Shown here piece by piece: positions 21,401 to 31,366 of a stretch of DNA of 47,232 bases. A program made the translations under genes and the position numbers. Each line of letters begins with the position of its first letter. The first letter of the stretch is position 1. The notes below the pieces were generated by a model, which was given only the letters and a program-made list of their open reading frames with translations, had not been told where the DNA came from and did no database searches. Source of the DNA: Candidatus Omnitrophota bacterium (GTDB lineage: Bacteria; Omnitrophota; Gorgyraeia; Tantalellales; Tantalellaceae); assembly GCA_024277375.1 (NCBI GenBank), contig JAJRVD010000002.1, forward strand, positions 1 to 47,232, written 5' to 3'.

Positions 21401-21863
21401 TAAGCTTGCGCAGACATTGAAAATTTCCTATGATGAGCATAATTTTCTTTCGGAAGCTCATCCGAAGTTACGTCCGGTTGAGACTAATACCGCGGGTATA
21501 TTTTTGGCGGGTACATGCCAGGCTCCCCGGGATATTCCTGAAACTGTCGCTCAGGCATCGGGTGCCGCGGCAAAGGTATTGGGTATAATTCATGGTAATG
21601 AACTGGAAAGAGAGCCCGCGACCGCGATCGTGGACGAAACCAACTGCAACGCGTGTTTCGACTGCGAGAAAGTATGCGCTTATAACGCGGTAGAGGAAAA
21701 AGAGATCAAAAACAGAAAAGGTGAACTAATAAAAGTTGTTGCCAGTATAAACCAGGGGATGTGTCAAGGGTGCGGGGCATGTGCCGCGTCCTGTAGATCC
21801 GGATGCATAGATGTTCAGGGCTTTACGGATGAACAGATATACGCGGAAATATTGGCAAGTTAA
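18495..21863 (+). CDS. hdrA: HdrA with inserted GltD/NfnB-like module (HdrL-like); in-frame TAG at 21213-21215
   Basis: GVFVC.CG.NI, NIREHCSW, GGGIAG, TFPTLDC, QCVGSRD, CSGICC; reading through TAG gives QFVRR...YLRGRV...ADMVVLA in frame with ORF 21357. Confidence 0.9.
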
Positions 21864-21872
21864 TTCAGCATT

Positions 21873-22066
21873 CGGGCTGTGTCGTAATTCGTTTTGCGGA
21901 TGGCCGCGTACAATATGTTTGTGGATGGCCGCGTACAATATGTTTGCGGATGGCCGCGTACAATATGTTTGTGGATGGCCGCGTACAATATGTTGTAGGG
22001 GTTCGATTTATCGAACCCGATATAACGGGCTTGATGAATCAAGCCCCTACATTATGACACAGTTTG
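21873..22066 (+). mobile_element. MITE-like element, copy 5, with internal 4 x 25-bp tandem repeat
   Basis: CGGGCTGTGTC...GACACAGTTTG; 194 bp = 119 + 3 x 25. Confidence 0.8.
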
Positions 22067-22086
22067 AATGACGGAACAGGAGAAAC

Positions 22087-22560
22087 ATGAAAAAGTGGGA
22101 ACCTAAAATAACAGCGTTTTTATGTAACTGGTGTTCTTACGCGGGCGCGGACCTGGCGGGGACAAGCAGATTTGAATATCCAACCAACATAAGGATCATC
22201 CGCCTACCATGTTCCGGAAAGGTGGACCCCTTGTTTATAGTGAAGGCTTTCGAGAACGGATCGGACGGCGTACTTGTCTCAGGGTGTCATCCGGGGGATT
22301 GCCATTATACGAGTGGCAATTATCACGCGCGAAGAAAATTCGCTATGTTCCGTAAACTAATTGAGTTTTATGGAATAGATATTAAGCGGATCCAATTTTC
22401 GTGGGTTTCCGCCGCTGAAGGCGGGAAGTGGGCAGAGGTAGCTACTCAGGTTACAGAGGACATCCGAAAACTGGGTCCGTATGAGCCGTTCAAGAAGGAA
22501 GCTGTTGTACAGGGATGCAGTGTACATCCGATGAATAATGAAAAGGGAATATTAAACTAA
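22087..22560 (+). CDS. mvhD: MvhD/FlxD [2Fe-2S] subunit
   Basis: FLCNWCSYAGADLAG, PCSG, DGVLVSGCHPGDCHY, WVSAAEG. Confidence 0.95.
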   Translation: MKKWEPKITAFLCNWCSYAGADLAGTSRFEYPTNIRIIRLPCSGKVDPLFIVKAFENGSDGVLVSGCHPGDCHYTSGNYHARRKFAMFRKLIEFYGIDIKRIQFSWVSAAEGGKWAEVATQVTEDIRKLGPYEPFKKEAVVQGCSVHPMNNEKGILN

Positions 22561-22571
22561 ATGGGGATAAA

Positions 22572-23375
22572 ATGAGTAAAATACTTAAAAAAGAAGTTTT
22601 GAGTCCGGATGTAAAGTTGTTTGTTGTCGAAGCTAAAGAAATAGCTAAAAAGGCCGAACCCGGTCAGTTTATTATACTTATGGTTTCCGAAGAAGGAGAG
22701 AGGATTCCGCTCACTATAGCGGATTTTTCCCGGGATGATGGGACTTTGACTCTTGTTGTTCAGGAAGTCGGTGTAACTACAAAAAAAATGGGCAAGCTTG
22801 AAGAGGGAGATGATATCCCTTACATCGTGGGACCTTTGGGGAAGCCTTCAGATGTAGTCAAAAGGGGTCTTATTGTTTGTATTGGCGGAGGGATAGGAAT
22901 AGCGCCTATATACCCTATTGCCAGAAAACTTAAAGAACTTGGAAATGAAGTGATCTCGATAATTGGCGCTCGAACCAAAGACATCCTTTTCTGGGAAGAA
23001 AAAATGGGAGAAGTGAGTAGCGAGCTTATCGTGACAACCGATGATGGCTCATACGGTAAAAAAGGTTTTGTAACACAGGTTTTGCAGGGGATTATTGATA
23101 GTGGTCGCGAAATAAGCGAAGTTATGGCGATAGGTCCGGTGCCGATGATGAAGGCGGTGTCGGATCTGACAAAGACATATGGGATAAAGACGGTAGTCAG
23201 TTTGAATCCCATAATGGTAGACGGAACAGGCATGTGTGGAGGATGTAGAGTTGATGTTGATGGCGAAAAGAAGTTCTGTTGTGTAGATGGTCCTGAATTT
23301 GACGCGCATTATGTAGATTTTGAAGGGCTTATTCAGAGACAACAGGCATATAAAGAAGAGGAACAACAAGGCTAG
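22572..23375 (+). CDS. nfnA: NfnA (NADH-dependent ferredoxin:NADP+ oxidoreductase small subunit)
   Basis: PGQF, GERIPLTIAD, GPLG, GGGIG, MVDGTGMCGGCRV, CVDGPEFD. Confidence 0.92.
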   Translation: MSKILKKEVLSPDVKLFVVEAKEIAKKAEPGQFIILMVSEEGERIPLTIADFSRDDGTLTLVVQEVGVTTKKMGKLEEGDDIPYIVGPLGKPSDVVKRGLIVCIGGGIGIAPIYPIARKLKELGNEVISIIGARTKDILFWEEKMGEVSSELIVTTDDGSYGKKGFVTQVLQGIIDSGREISEVMAIGPVPMMKAVSDLTKTYGIKTVVSLNPIMVDGTGMCGGCRVDVDGEKKFCCVDGPEFDAHYVDFEGLIQRQQAYKEEEQQG

Positions 23376-23388
23376 GAGAAGTGTAATC

Positions 23389-24786
23389 ATGGAAATAAAG
23401 AAAACTCAGCAGGATATGCCAAGACAAAAACCGGAAGAACGAAAAAAGAACTTCAATGAAGTGGCTTTGGGCTATACTGAAGATATGGCGCTTTCAGAGG
23501 CAGCTAGATGTATACAGTGCAAAAAACCGCTTTGTGTTGACGGGTGTCCGGTTGAAATAGATATTCCCGGATTTATTCAGCTTATTAAGGATAAGGACTA
23601 TATGGGCGCGGCATTGAAAATTAAGGAAAAAAATTGTCTTCCCGCCGTTTGCGGGAGAGTTTGTCCTCAGGAAGATCAATGTGAACTGAAATGTGTGCTG
23701 GGGATAAAGGGAGAGTCGGTATCGATAGGACGTTTGGAAAGATTTGCCGCGGATTTTGAGATTGAGCAAACTAAAGGCACGCCATTCAAGCGGCATGCCA
23801 TTTCTTCAGGCGCTAAAAAGATCGCCATTGTCGGGTCTGGTCCATCCGGACTTACAGTCGCGGCGGAACTTGCGCATTTGGATTATAAGGTTACGATCTT
23901 TGAAGCTTTTCATAAGGCAGGAGGCGTGCTCGTTTATGGTATCCCGGAATTTAGATTGCCTAAGTCAATAGTCGAAAGAGAAGTAGAATATGTAAAAAGT
24001 CTGGGAGTTGAATTAAAGACAAACTGGATCATCGGTAAAATCAAAACAATAGACGATCTTCTTGATAACGGGTTTGCCGCCGTTTATGTTTGCACAGGAG
24101 CCGGACTTCCATATTTTATGGAAATACCCGGGGAGAACAGTATTGGTGTATATTCCGCGAATGAATTTCTGACAAGAAGCAATCTGATGAAGGCATATAA
24201 ATTCCCCGAATACGATACTCCGATCAAACATGGTAAAAAAATAGCGGTTATAGGCGGGGGGAACGTCGCTATGGACGCCTCAAGGACCGCGTTACGCCTG
24301 GGTGCCGATAATGTGTATTTAATTTATCGCAGGTCCATGGAGGAGATGCCCGCTCGTGAAGAAGAGATAGAGAACGCCCAGGAAGAAGGAATTGATTTCA
24401 GGCTTCTAACCAATCCTATAGAGATTTTAGCGGATGAGAAGGGCAAAGTAAGAGGAATTAAATGCATAAAAATGGAACTGGGTGAACCGGATGATTCGGG
24501 AAGACGCAGACCCGTTCCAATTGATGGATCCGAGTTTGAGGTCGAAGTGGATACAGTAATAATGTCGATAGGAAACGGAGCAAACCCGCTGATATCCTCG
24601 ACTACGCCTGATCTTGATACGAATAAATGGGGGAATATTATTACAAAAGATGAATCCGGCCAGACTTCTAAAAAAGGAGTATTCGCCGGAGGAGATATTG
24701 TTACCGGCGGCGCGACTGTGATCCTTGCCATGGGGGCGGGTAAAAAAGCCGCGGAAGCAATTGATAAATATCTATCTTGTGAATAG
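23389..24786 (+). CDS. nfnB: NfnB (large subunit, GltD-like)
   Basis: EAARCIQC...C..GCP, CGRVCPQE.QCE, GSGPSG, YGIPEFRLP, GGGNVAMD, GGDIVTG.ATVILAMG. Confidence 0.92.
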   Translation: MEIKKTQQDMPRQKPEERKKNFNEVALGYTEDMALSEAARCIQCKKPLCVDGCPVEIDIPGFIQLIKDKDYMGAALKIKEKNCLPAVCGRVCPQEDQCELKCVLGIKGESVSIGRLERFAADFEIEQTKGTPFKRHAISSGAKKIAIVGSGPSGLTVAAELAHLDYKVTIFEAFHKAGGVLVYGIPEFRLPKSIVEREVEYVKSLGVELKTNWIIGKIKTIDDLLDNGFAAVYVCTGAGLPYFMEIPGENSIGVYSANEFLTRSNLMKAYKFPEYDTPIKHGKKIAVIGGGNVAMDASRTALRLGADNVYLIYRRSMEEMPAREEEIENAQEEGIDFRLLTNPIEILADEKGKVRGIKCIKMELGEPDDSGRRRPVPIDGSEFEVEVDTVIMSIGNGANPLISSTTPDLDTNKWGNIITKDESGQTSKKGVFAGGDIVTGGATVILAMGAGKKAAEAIDKYLSCE

Positions 24787-24821
24787 TTGATAGTGAATAG
24801 TGAATGGTTGATAGTGAATGG
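24781..24821. repeat. Heptamer tandem repeat (GAATAGT/TGATAGT)
   Basis: About 6 units overlapping the nfnB stop. Confidence 0.85.
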
Positions 24822-24840
24822 CAGGGGCGCGATCCCCCTT

Positions 24841-24875
24841 GTCATCCTGAGCGAGCGAAGCGAGCCGAAGGATCT
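24841..24875 (+). repeat. REP-like palindrome, GTCATCCTGAG family
   Basis: GTCATCCTGAGCGAGCGAAGCGAGCCGAAGGATCT. Confidence 0.85.
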
Positions 24876-24910
24876 AAATTATAATAGTGAGTGTAAAAGG
24901 TGGACAGTAT

Positions 24911-25747
24911 ATGGAAAATAAACTACAAGAAATAGCGAAAAAACTTTTGACTGACGGAGAAGTTGATCTCGTAATAGGTTACGGGGCGGATACCGATAGG
25001 TTTATTGAGCCTGTATTTATTACTAAGCCGGATGAGGCGAAAAAACTTCTGTGGAACAAAAAATGTTTTAATAATCTGGCAGTGTACTTAACGAAGGATG
25101 TAGTTAAACACGCGAATAAGGTGGGGATAATTGCCAAAGGCTGCGACATAAAAGCTATTGTGGGGCTGATCCAGGAAAGCCAGATAGATAGAGATAAAGT
25201 CGTTATACTTGGTATCTCATGCGATGGTGTCGGAGAGCCGCTTCTAAAAAAATGTAACGGTTGCGATGTGAATACCCCTAAACTATACGATCATTTGATC
25301 GGAGACCCTATTGAGTCGACTCTGCGGGAAGACAAATACGCGGAGGTAGAGGACTTTGAAAGAAGAAGCGGGGAAGATAAAAAGGCGTTTTGGGACAAAG
25401 AACTTGCCAAGTGTATAAAATGTTATGCTTGCAGGGCCGCGTGCCCTTTGTGTTATTGCGCCAAATGTGTTGTTGAGAAAAATATACCACAATGGGTGCC
25501 GACAAGTCCACATAGTGCCGGTAATTTTTCATGGAACTTTATAAGGAGTTTTCATCTTACCGGTCGATGCGTTGGCTGCGGGGAATGTGAAAGAGTGTGT
25601 CCTGTAGGGATACCACTGGGTCTTATCAATAAAAAGGCGGCTTTGGAGGTAAAAAGCGCCTTTGAATATGAGGCTGGTTATGACTACGAGGTTGAGCCGC
25701 CGCTTACTTGTTTTTAAAAAAATGATAATGAGGACTTTATAAGATGA
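24911..25747 (+). CDS. flxC: FlxC-like 4Fe-4S protein; in-frame TAA at 25715-25717
   Basis: KGCD, CIKCYACRAACPLCYC, H.TGRCVGCGECERVCP; reading through gives KNDNEDFIR and an ATGA overlap with the next gene. Confidence 0.8.
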
Positions 25748-26718
25748 AGAAAACATTAAAAGAAATATTCGACGCGTTAAGGACAAAAAATTATAGAGTA
25801 GTTGCCCCCGTTAGAGATGGTAATAAAATATTTTTCACAGAAGTTAGTTCCCCGGATGAAATAACGCTTGATTATGTTAATTCTGAGATCGCCGCGAAAG
25901 AATGGCTGTTTCCACGCACTGAGGTGGTAATGAAGTTCGATAACTTAGCGACAGAAAACGTAGAAATAAGTGACGATATTGAAAATCAAACTGTTGAGAC
26001 TCTAACGGCCATTATTGGAGTCCGACCCTGCGATGTGAAAAGTCTTCTTATCCTGGATAAAGTGTTTTCCTGGGATTACAAGGATGCCTTTTACCTGAAT
26101 AGACGTGAGAATACTGTGCTGGTAACGCTCGGATGTTCGAAACTCGGGGATGGTTGTTTTTGCGATAAAGTCGCCCTTGATATGAGCTCACAAGAGGGTT
26201 CAGATGTTTTTCTCGCGCAAAATGGTGACGGTTCATTTGAAATGAGCGTGGTTTCTGATAAAGGCGCGGAAATTTTTCCGGGAGAGAAAATTGTTCCTGA
26301 GGAGCAAAAAACGACCGGGGACGCTTTTGACAAGAAAAAGATAAAAGCGTGGCTTGACGGTAATTTTGAGGATGAGATCTGGGATAAAATGGCGCTTAAG
26401 TGTCTTAGTTGTGGTGCATGCGCTTATGTGTGCCCCACATGTCATTGTTTTGACGTGATCGATGAAGCATCCATTTCTGAAGGATGCAGGCGAAAGAATT
26501 GGGATTCCTGCGGTTTCGGGCAATTTACAATACATGCGTCAGGGCATAATCCCCGACCATCGCAAAAAGAGAGATTTCGCAACAGGATACTGCACAAGTT
26601 TAAGTACTATGTAGATAAGTTTGATGAGACAGCCTGTGTGGGGTGCGGTCGGTGCAGAAAAGTATGCCCGGTGAATATGAATTTGCGGGACATAGTAGGC
26701 GCGATAGAAAAGAAATAA
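25744..26718 (+). CDS. flxB: FlxB (AsrA-like 4Fe-4S protein)
   Basis: GVRPCD, CLSCGAC..VCPTCHCF, WDSC, SGHNPR, CVGCGRC...CP. Confidence 0.88.
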   Translation: MKKTLKEIFDALRTKNYRVVAPVRDGNKIFFTEVSSPDEITLDYVNSEIAAKEWLFPRTEVVMKFDNLATENVEISDDIENQTVETLTAIIGVRPCDVKSLLILDKVFSWDYKDAFYLNRRENTVLVTLGCSKLGDGCFCDKVALDMSSQEGSDVFLAQNGDGSFEMSVVSDKGAEIFPGEKIVPEEQKTTGDAFDKKKIKAWLDGNFEDEIWDKMALKCLSCGACAYVCPTCHCFDVIDEASISEGCRRKNWDSCGFGQFTIHASGHNPRPSQKERFRNRILHKFKYYVDKFDETACVGCGRCRKVCPVNMNLRDIVGAIEKK

Positions 26719-26740
26719 CGTTGGGAAAGACAGGAGACAT

Positions 26741-27574
26741 ATGGATAATTTATATAGATCTAATTTAGCTAAGATAGTAAAAGTGACGGACGAAACCCCG
26801 GACGTTAAAACCTTTAAACTTGAATTCGTGGATGAAAAATTCAGAGATTCATTCGACTTTAAAGCCGGACAGTTCGGGCTTTATGGGGTTTTTGGCGAAG
26901 GCGAATCAACTTTTTGCGTCGCGTCGCCTCCTACACGCAAAGGGTATATCGAGTGCAGTGTAAAAAAGACCGGAAGAGTTACGGACGCGTTGCACAATCT
27001 TGACGAGGGAGCGGTGATAGGGTTTAGAGGCCCTTATGGCAATAGTTTTCCTATAGAGGATATGAAAGGGAAAAATATTGTATTTATAGCCGGTGGTATC
27101 GGGTTGGCTCCTGTCAGATGCATTATATGGAACTGTCTTGACTTGCGTAAGGAGTTCAAGGACATAACGATAATATACGGATCTCGCAGTGTGGATGACC
27201 TAGTGTATAAGGAAGAACTTAAACAATGGGAAGAGATGTCCGATGTGAAATTGGTCAAAACTGTTGATCCCGGAGGGGAAACCGATGATTGGAATGGCGA
27301 AGTAGGTTTTGTTCCCACAATAGTGGAGAAAGTCGCGCCTGGTGCTGAGAATTCTATCGCGGTTATTTGCGGCCCTCCAATAATGATAAAGTTCACGTTG
27401 CCCGTTCTGGATAAGTTGGGATTTGAACCGGAGAGTATAATTACCACCCTTGAAAATAGAATGAAGTGTGGTCTTGGGAAATGCGGACGATGTAACGTGG
27501 GAAACGTTTATGTGTGCAAAGATGGTCCTGTATTTACATATAAGGACCTTAAAAAAATGCCCGAGGAGTTTTGA
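26741..27574 (+). CDS. flxA: FlxA (FAD/NAD-binding, AsrB-like)
   Basis: GQF, RGPYGN.F, AGGIGLAP, CGPPIMIK, LENRMKCGLGKCGRCN...VCKDGPVF. Confidence 0.9.
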   Translation: MDNLYRSNLAKIVKVTDETPDVKTFKLEFVDEKFRDSFDFKAGQFGLYGVFGEGESTFCVASPPTRKGYIECSVKKTGRVTDALHNLDEGAVIGFRGPYGNSFPIEDMKGKNIVFIAGGIGLAPVRCIIWNCLDLRKEFKDITIIYGSRSVDDLVYKEELKQWEEMSDVKLVKTVDPGGETDDWNGEVGFVPTIVEKVAPGAENSIAVICGPPIMIKFTLPVLDKLGFEPESIITTLENRMKCGLGKCGRCNVGNVYVCKDGPVFTYKDLKKMPEEF

Positions 27575-27576
27575 AA

Positions 27577-28623
27577 ATGAGTATAAAACGAAGTAAAGGA
27601 TGGAAGTTCTTTTCATCAATAAAGTTAGCGATATGGCTTTTGGCTTCGATCGCTACCGTTTCTATAATCGGAACATTGATATTACAGAACAAAAGCGCGG
27701 CCGAATATATTTCAAGATACGGACATTCTACATACAAAGTGTTTTCAGCAATGGGGTTTACTCATGTTTACTCGGCATGGTGGTTTATCCTTCTTCTGGG
27801 GCTTTTATCGCTAAATCTCACAGTGTGTTTATTGAATAGATTTTCTCTGAAGCTACGTTCATTAGGGACAACAATTGCGCATTTAAGTGTATTGGTTATC
27901 TTTGCGGGGGCATTGGTCGGAATGTTCTTTGGTCAAAAGGGCTTTGTAAAAATTTATGAAGGGCAGAGTATAGGCTCTTTCGAGTCCCATGGCAAAAAAG
28001 TGTCACTAGATTTTTCAGTGAGGCTGAACGATTTTATTTACGAGGAAAACATAAGTCCGGATGAGAAGATCGTGGTTTCCTCAGAAGACGGCTCAGTGCT
28101 GGAGGAGGTTTCGGTTGAGATTGGAACGGAAGCAAAGATCCCCCATACGGAAAATAGCATTAAAGTTTTGCGATATGTCCCGGATTTTATTTTGGATGTT
28201 TCTACCAAGAAAGTTGTTTCTCGTTCTTCCGAGCCCAGGAATCCCGCGGTGGAGATAGAGTTAAACACAGCCGGAGAGACTAAAACCCTTTGGGTTTTTG
28301 CCAGATATCCGGATATACACAATACGGTTGTGGGGGGGGTGAAGATTAAGTATGTGTGGGCATACAGACGCCCCAAAGATTTTATAAGCAACCTAACTGT
28401 TATAAAAGATGGCAAAGAGGTTTTAAAACAAGACGTTAGAGTGAATTGTCCTCTTAAGTTCGGTGGATATACTTTTTTTCAGTCCAGCTATGATAAAACA
28501 AACCTCGTTTGGACCGGCCTTCAGGTAGTAAAAGATCCCGGAGTGCCCATTGTCTATCTGGGTTTTGTATTGCTGGTACTGGGGTTAGGTATCAGATTTT
28601 ATGTTAATCCAATGATCAAATAA
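27577..28623 (+). CDS. ccsB: Cytochrome c maturation System II protein CcsB/ResB
   Basis: SIKLAI, IGT...Q, VY.AWWF, AHLS, VN.PL...GY.FFQSSY, DPG. Confidence 0.9.
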   Translation: MSIKRSKGWKFFSSIKLAIWLLASIATVSIIGTLILQNKSAAEYISRYGHSTYKVFSAMGFTHVYSAWWFILLLGLLSLNLTVCLLNRFSLKLRSLGTTIAHLSVLVIFAGALVGMFFGQKGFVKIYEGQSIGSFESHGKKVSLDFSVRLNDFIYEENISPDEKIVVSSEDGSVLEEVSVEIGTEAKIPHTENSIKVLRYVPDFILDVSTKKVVSRSSEPRNPAVEIELNTAGETKTLWVFARYPDIHNTVVGGVKIKYVWAYRRPKDFISNLTVIKDGKEVLKQDVRVNCPLKFGGYTFFQSSYDKTNLVWTGLQVVKDPGVPIVYLGFVLLVLGLGIRFYVNPMIK

Positions 28624-28639
28624 GGTAAGGGAGAAAAAG

Positions 28640-29431
28640 ATGAACCCTCTATATCTCAATGTTAGTTTCGCGGCATGTTTATTAGCGGCTGTTTTTTACG
28701 CTGGTAGCTTGTTTTTTAAGAACAAGTCCTTTGCTTTTCTTGCCAGGCTCTCGGCCTTGGCGGGTGTTATAGGGCTACCTCTCTATATTGGTGTACGCTG
28801 GCATATTGCTCAAAGGCCGCCTTTGAGCAATATGTTCGAGTCTCTTGTCGTTTTTGCCTGGGCCATATTGATAGCTGTCATTATAACGGATCTCAAGTAC
28901 AAAATAAAAAGTGTTACTCTTTGCGGGGCTTTTATGGCGGTAATTGCGCTGGGATACGCGTCCTTACTAAATAAGGAGATCGTGCCGCTTCTTCCGGCGC
29001 TAAAAAGCAACTGGCTTACCATCCATGTGTTAACGTGTTTCGTCGGATACGCGGCATTTACCGTGTCTTTTGTAGCCAGCATAGTATATCTTGTTCAGGT
29101 AAAGTTTACAGCTCAGGCCAACGCGAATGTAGAGAAGCTGGACTCTCTGAGCTATAATATGATAGCCTTCGGATTTTTATTTTTGACCTTGGGGATCATC
29201 ACCGGCGCGGTGTGGGCTAATTCCGCATGGGGAACTTATTGGAGTTGGGATCCAAAAGAGACGTGGTCTCTTATTTCATGGTTTGTTTACGCGATTTATT
29301 TACATGTTCGACACACAAAAGGGTGGCGGGGCGCGAAGGCCGCGTGGCTTTCTGTTTTAGGATATTTATCGGTCCTTTTCACATATTTCGGTGTAAATTA
29401 TTTATTGTCCGGATTGCATAGCTACGGATAA
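28640..29431 (+). CDS. ccsA: Cytochrome c synthase CcsA/ResC
   Basis: PALKSNWL.IHV, WGTYWSWDPKETW (WWD motif), GVN...GLHSY. Confidence 0.96.
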   Translation: MNPLYLNVSFAACLLAAVFYAGSLFFKNKSFAFLARLSALAGVIGLPLYIGVRWHIAQRPPLSNMFESLVVFAWAILIAVIITDLKYKIKSVTLCGAFMAVIALGYASLLNKEIVPLLPALKSNWLTIHVLTCFVGYAAFTVSFVASIVYLVQVKFTAQANANVEKLDSLSYNMIAFGFLFLTLGIITGAVWANSAWGTYWSWDPKETWSLISWFVYAIYLHVRHTKGWRGAKAAWLSVLGYLSVLFTYFGVNYLLSGLHSYG

Positions 29432-29441
29432 GAGGGGAATT

Positions 29442-30239
29442 ATGAAAAAGTTTTTCGCGCTTTTATTTATTTTTTGTTTTGGTATGACAGGGCTATCACA
29501 CACTGATGAAGCGAATTTCAGAAAGAAGTGTCAGACTTGTCATAAGAGAGTATTGGGCGAATGGGACGCGGCAAAGGTTGTTCACTTCCCGTACGCTGAG
29601 GGTAGTTGTGAATCGTGCCATTCATCAAAACATAAAAAGTTCACGGGAGAAATAAATGAACTTTGTTTGATATGTCATGACTTGGACGACGCGGTGCTTA
29701 AAAAGTCACATTTTAACGCGAACGTAGAGGGAGTCGCGTGTACGAGTTGTCATTACACCCATGGCTCGGACAGAAAAGCTATGTTCAAAGAATCTGTTCA
29801 TGAACCGTTTTCTTCCGGTATGTGCGACGCGTGCCATGAGGTTACACCGGAGGGAAAATTAAAACAACTGGATGGAATGAACGATATTTGTCTGACCTGC
29901 CACGATGGCATTGTCGCGAAGGACGAAAAGGTTATCCATCCGGCGTTCGAGATGCTGGAATGTACAAATTGTCATAATCCGCATACATCACCCGATATTA
30001 AACTTTTAAAGAAGCCTGTAAGTGAAGTGTGCTTTGAGTGTCATGAACCGATGGTGGCAAAAAAACATCCATATGATGTGACTCCTTCGAAAAAAATTAT
30101 AAAAAATGAGGCGCTTTTTGCGCATGGAGGGCACGTTACATGTGTAAGTTGCCATAAGCCGCATGCTTCAAAGCTTCCAGTGCTTTTGAAAGAGTCAATA
30201 GATAATCGGGAATTATGCTATAAGTGTCATAAAAAGTAG
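29442..30239 (+). CDS. Periplasmic decaheme cytochrome c (paired-CXXCH type)
   Basis: Signal peptide, 10 CXXCH, H.P...G.C..CH and CH.PH repeats. Confidence 0.9.
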   Translation: MKKFFALLFIFCFGMTGLSHTDEANFRKKCQTCHKRVLGEWDAAKVVHFPYAEGSCESCHSSKHKKFTGEINELCLICHDLDDAVLKKSHFNANVEGVACTSCHYTHGSDRKAMFKESVHEPFSSGMCDACHEVTPEGKLKQLDGMNDICLTCHDGIVAKDEKVIHPAFEMLECTNCHNPHTSPDIKLLKKPVSEVCFECHEPMVAKKHPYDVTPSKKIIKNEALFAHGGHVTCVSCHKPHASKLPVLLKESIDNRELCYKCHKK

Positions 30240-30266
30240 GGCGATTGTACTTACTACCATTTTTTA

Positions 30267-30295
30267 TTGCCTTGTAGTAAAAAATGTGATAAAAT
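30267..30295 (+). promoter_or_regulatory. Sigma70-type promoter of the NHL/cytochrome cluster
   Basis: TTGCCT-N17-TAAAAT with TGn extension; AGGAGG follows. Confidence 0.6.
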
Positions 30296-30325
30296 TTAAT
30301 AAATTTCAGGAGGAATGGTTCAACT

Positions 30326-31348
30326 ATGAAGAGATATAGATACAAATGTTTCAGTAAAGCGTACGAGTTAGTGAAATTATTCACAGTGACAAAGTTCACA
30401 GTGACTTTATTCACAATGCTGATGATTTTATTCGGGCACATCGGCACATATGAATCACTGGCCGAGGAAACAACCTCTTTGGACGGTTACAAATTTTTAT
30501 TTGAGATAACCTCCGACGATAGTGATGTCGGTGCTCTTAATCAGCCGGTTGATCTCGATGTTGCAGATGGCCAGATTTATGTAGCAGACACTATAAACAG
30601 CCGTATTGTTGTTTTTGATGATAAGGGCAATGTGGAAAATGTTTTTGGAAAAAGAGGTACGGGTGCGGGTGAATTGAAGGCACCAATGGCGATAGCCATT
30701 GACGAGGGGAACAACAAGGTCTATGTAGCGGACTCTTCAAATTATCGCATTCAAGTGTTTAAGACTAATGGCGATTTTATTATGTCGATAGATCCTAATA
30801 AAGAAATCAAGGGCTCAGCGAAAAAGGTTCGGCCAATCGGTGTCGCCGTTGCAACAAATGGTAATATTTATGTTTCTGATGTCGATAACAATTTTATCCG
30901 AGTGTATTCCCCTAAAGGGAAGTTTATCTTTAAGTTCGGTGGTTTCGGTGCGGAGAATGGAAAGCTTTGTGTACCTGTGGGGATATCAATAGATGAGAAT
31001 GATAGTGTGTATGTCGTTGATATGAGTAATTCTCGACTTCAGGTTTTCGATAAAGATGGAAATTTTGTTATGAATATTGGGTCACGGGGCGATATTAAAG
31101 GTTCTTTTGGAAGTCCTAAAGATGTCTGTATTGATGCGGCCGGAAGAATATATATTTCTGACGCAATGAATTTGGTTGTACAAATTTTTGATAATGATGG
31201 CAATTTTGTAGGTGTTATCGGCGCGGAGAAAGATGTTGATAAGCAGTTTGCATCTCCGTTTGGATTAGCGGTTAAGGGCGAACGCCTTTATGTGATCGAT
31301 AGATGGAGAAATAGTGTAAGAGTTTTGGGAACCAAATTTCAAAATTAA
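30326..31348 (+). CDS. Exported NHL-repeat beta-propeller protein
   Basis: Six repeats of P.GI/DV...IYVAD..N.RIQVF...G; N-terminal hydrophobic leader. Confidence 0.92.
   Translation: MKRYRYKCFSKAYELVKLFTVTKFTVTLFTMLMILFGHIGTYESLAEETTSLDGYKFLFEITSDDSDVGALNQPVDLDVADGQIYVADTINSRIVVFDDKGNVENVFGKRGTGAGELKAPMAIAIDEGNNKVYVADSSNYRIQVFKTNGDFIMSIDPNKEIKGSAKKVRPIGVAVATNGNIYVSDVDNNFIRVYSPKGKFIFKFGGFGAENGKLCVPVGISIDENDSVYVVDMSNSRLQVFDKDGNFVMNIGSRGDIKGSFGSPKDVCIDAAGRIYISDAMNLVVQIFDNDGNFVGVIGAEKDVDKQFASPFGLAVKGERLYVIDRWRNSVRVLGTKFQN
30369..30416. promoter_or_regulatory. Three tandem Rex-type operators (15-bp period)
   Basis: GTGA-AATTAT-TCAC-A-GTGA-CAAAGT-TCAC-A-GTGA-CTTTAT-TCAC-AA. Confidence 0.65.
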
Positions 31349-31366
31349 CCTAAGGGGGTAAATCGA

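Noticed and set aside
21893-21992. Possible CRISPR array
   Set aside because: Units are contiguous with no spacers, lie inside a MITE, and no cas genes are present
23389-24786. Glutamate synthase
   Set aside because: No gltB; paired with nfnA
25744-27574. Anaerobic sulfite reductase AsrAB or sulfhydrogenase
   Set aside because: No asrC or hydrogenase large subunit; hdr-mvhD context indicates Flx
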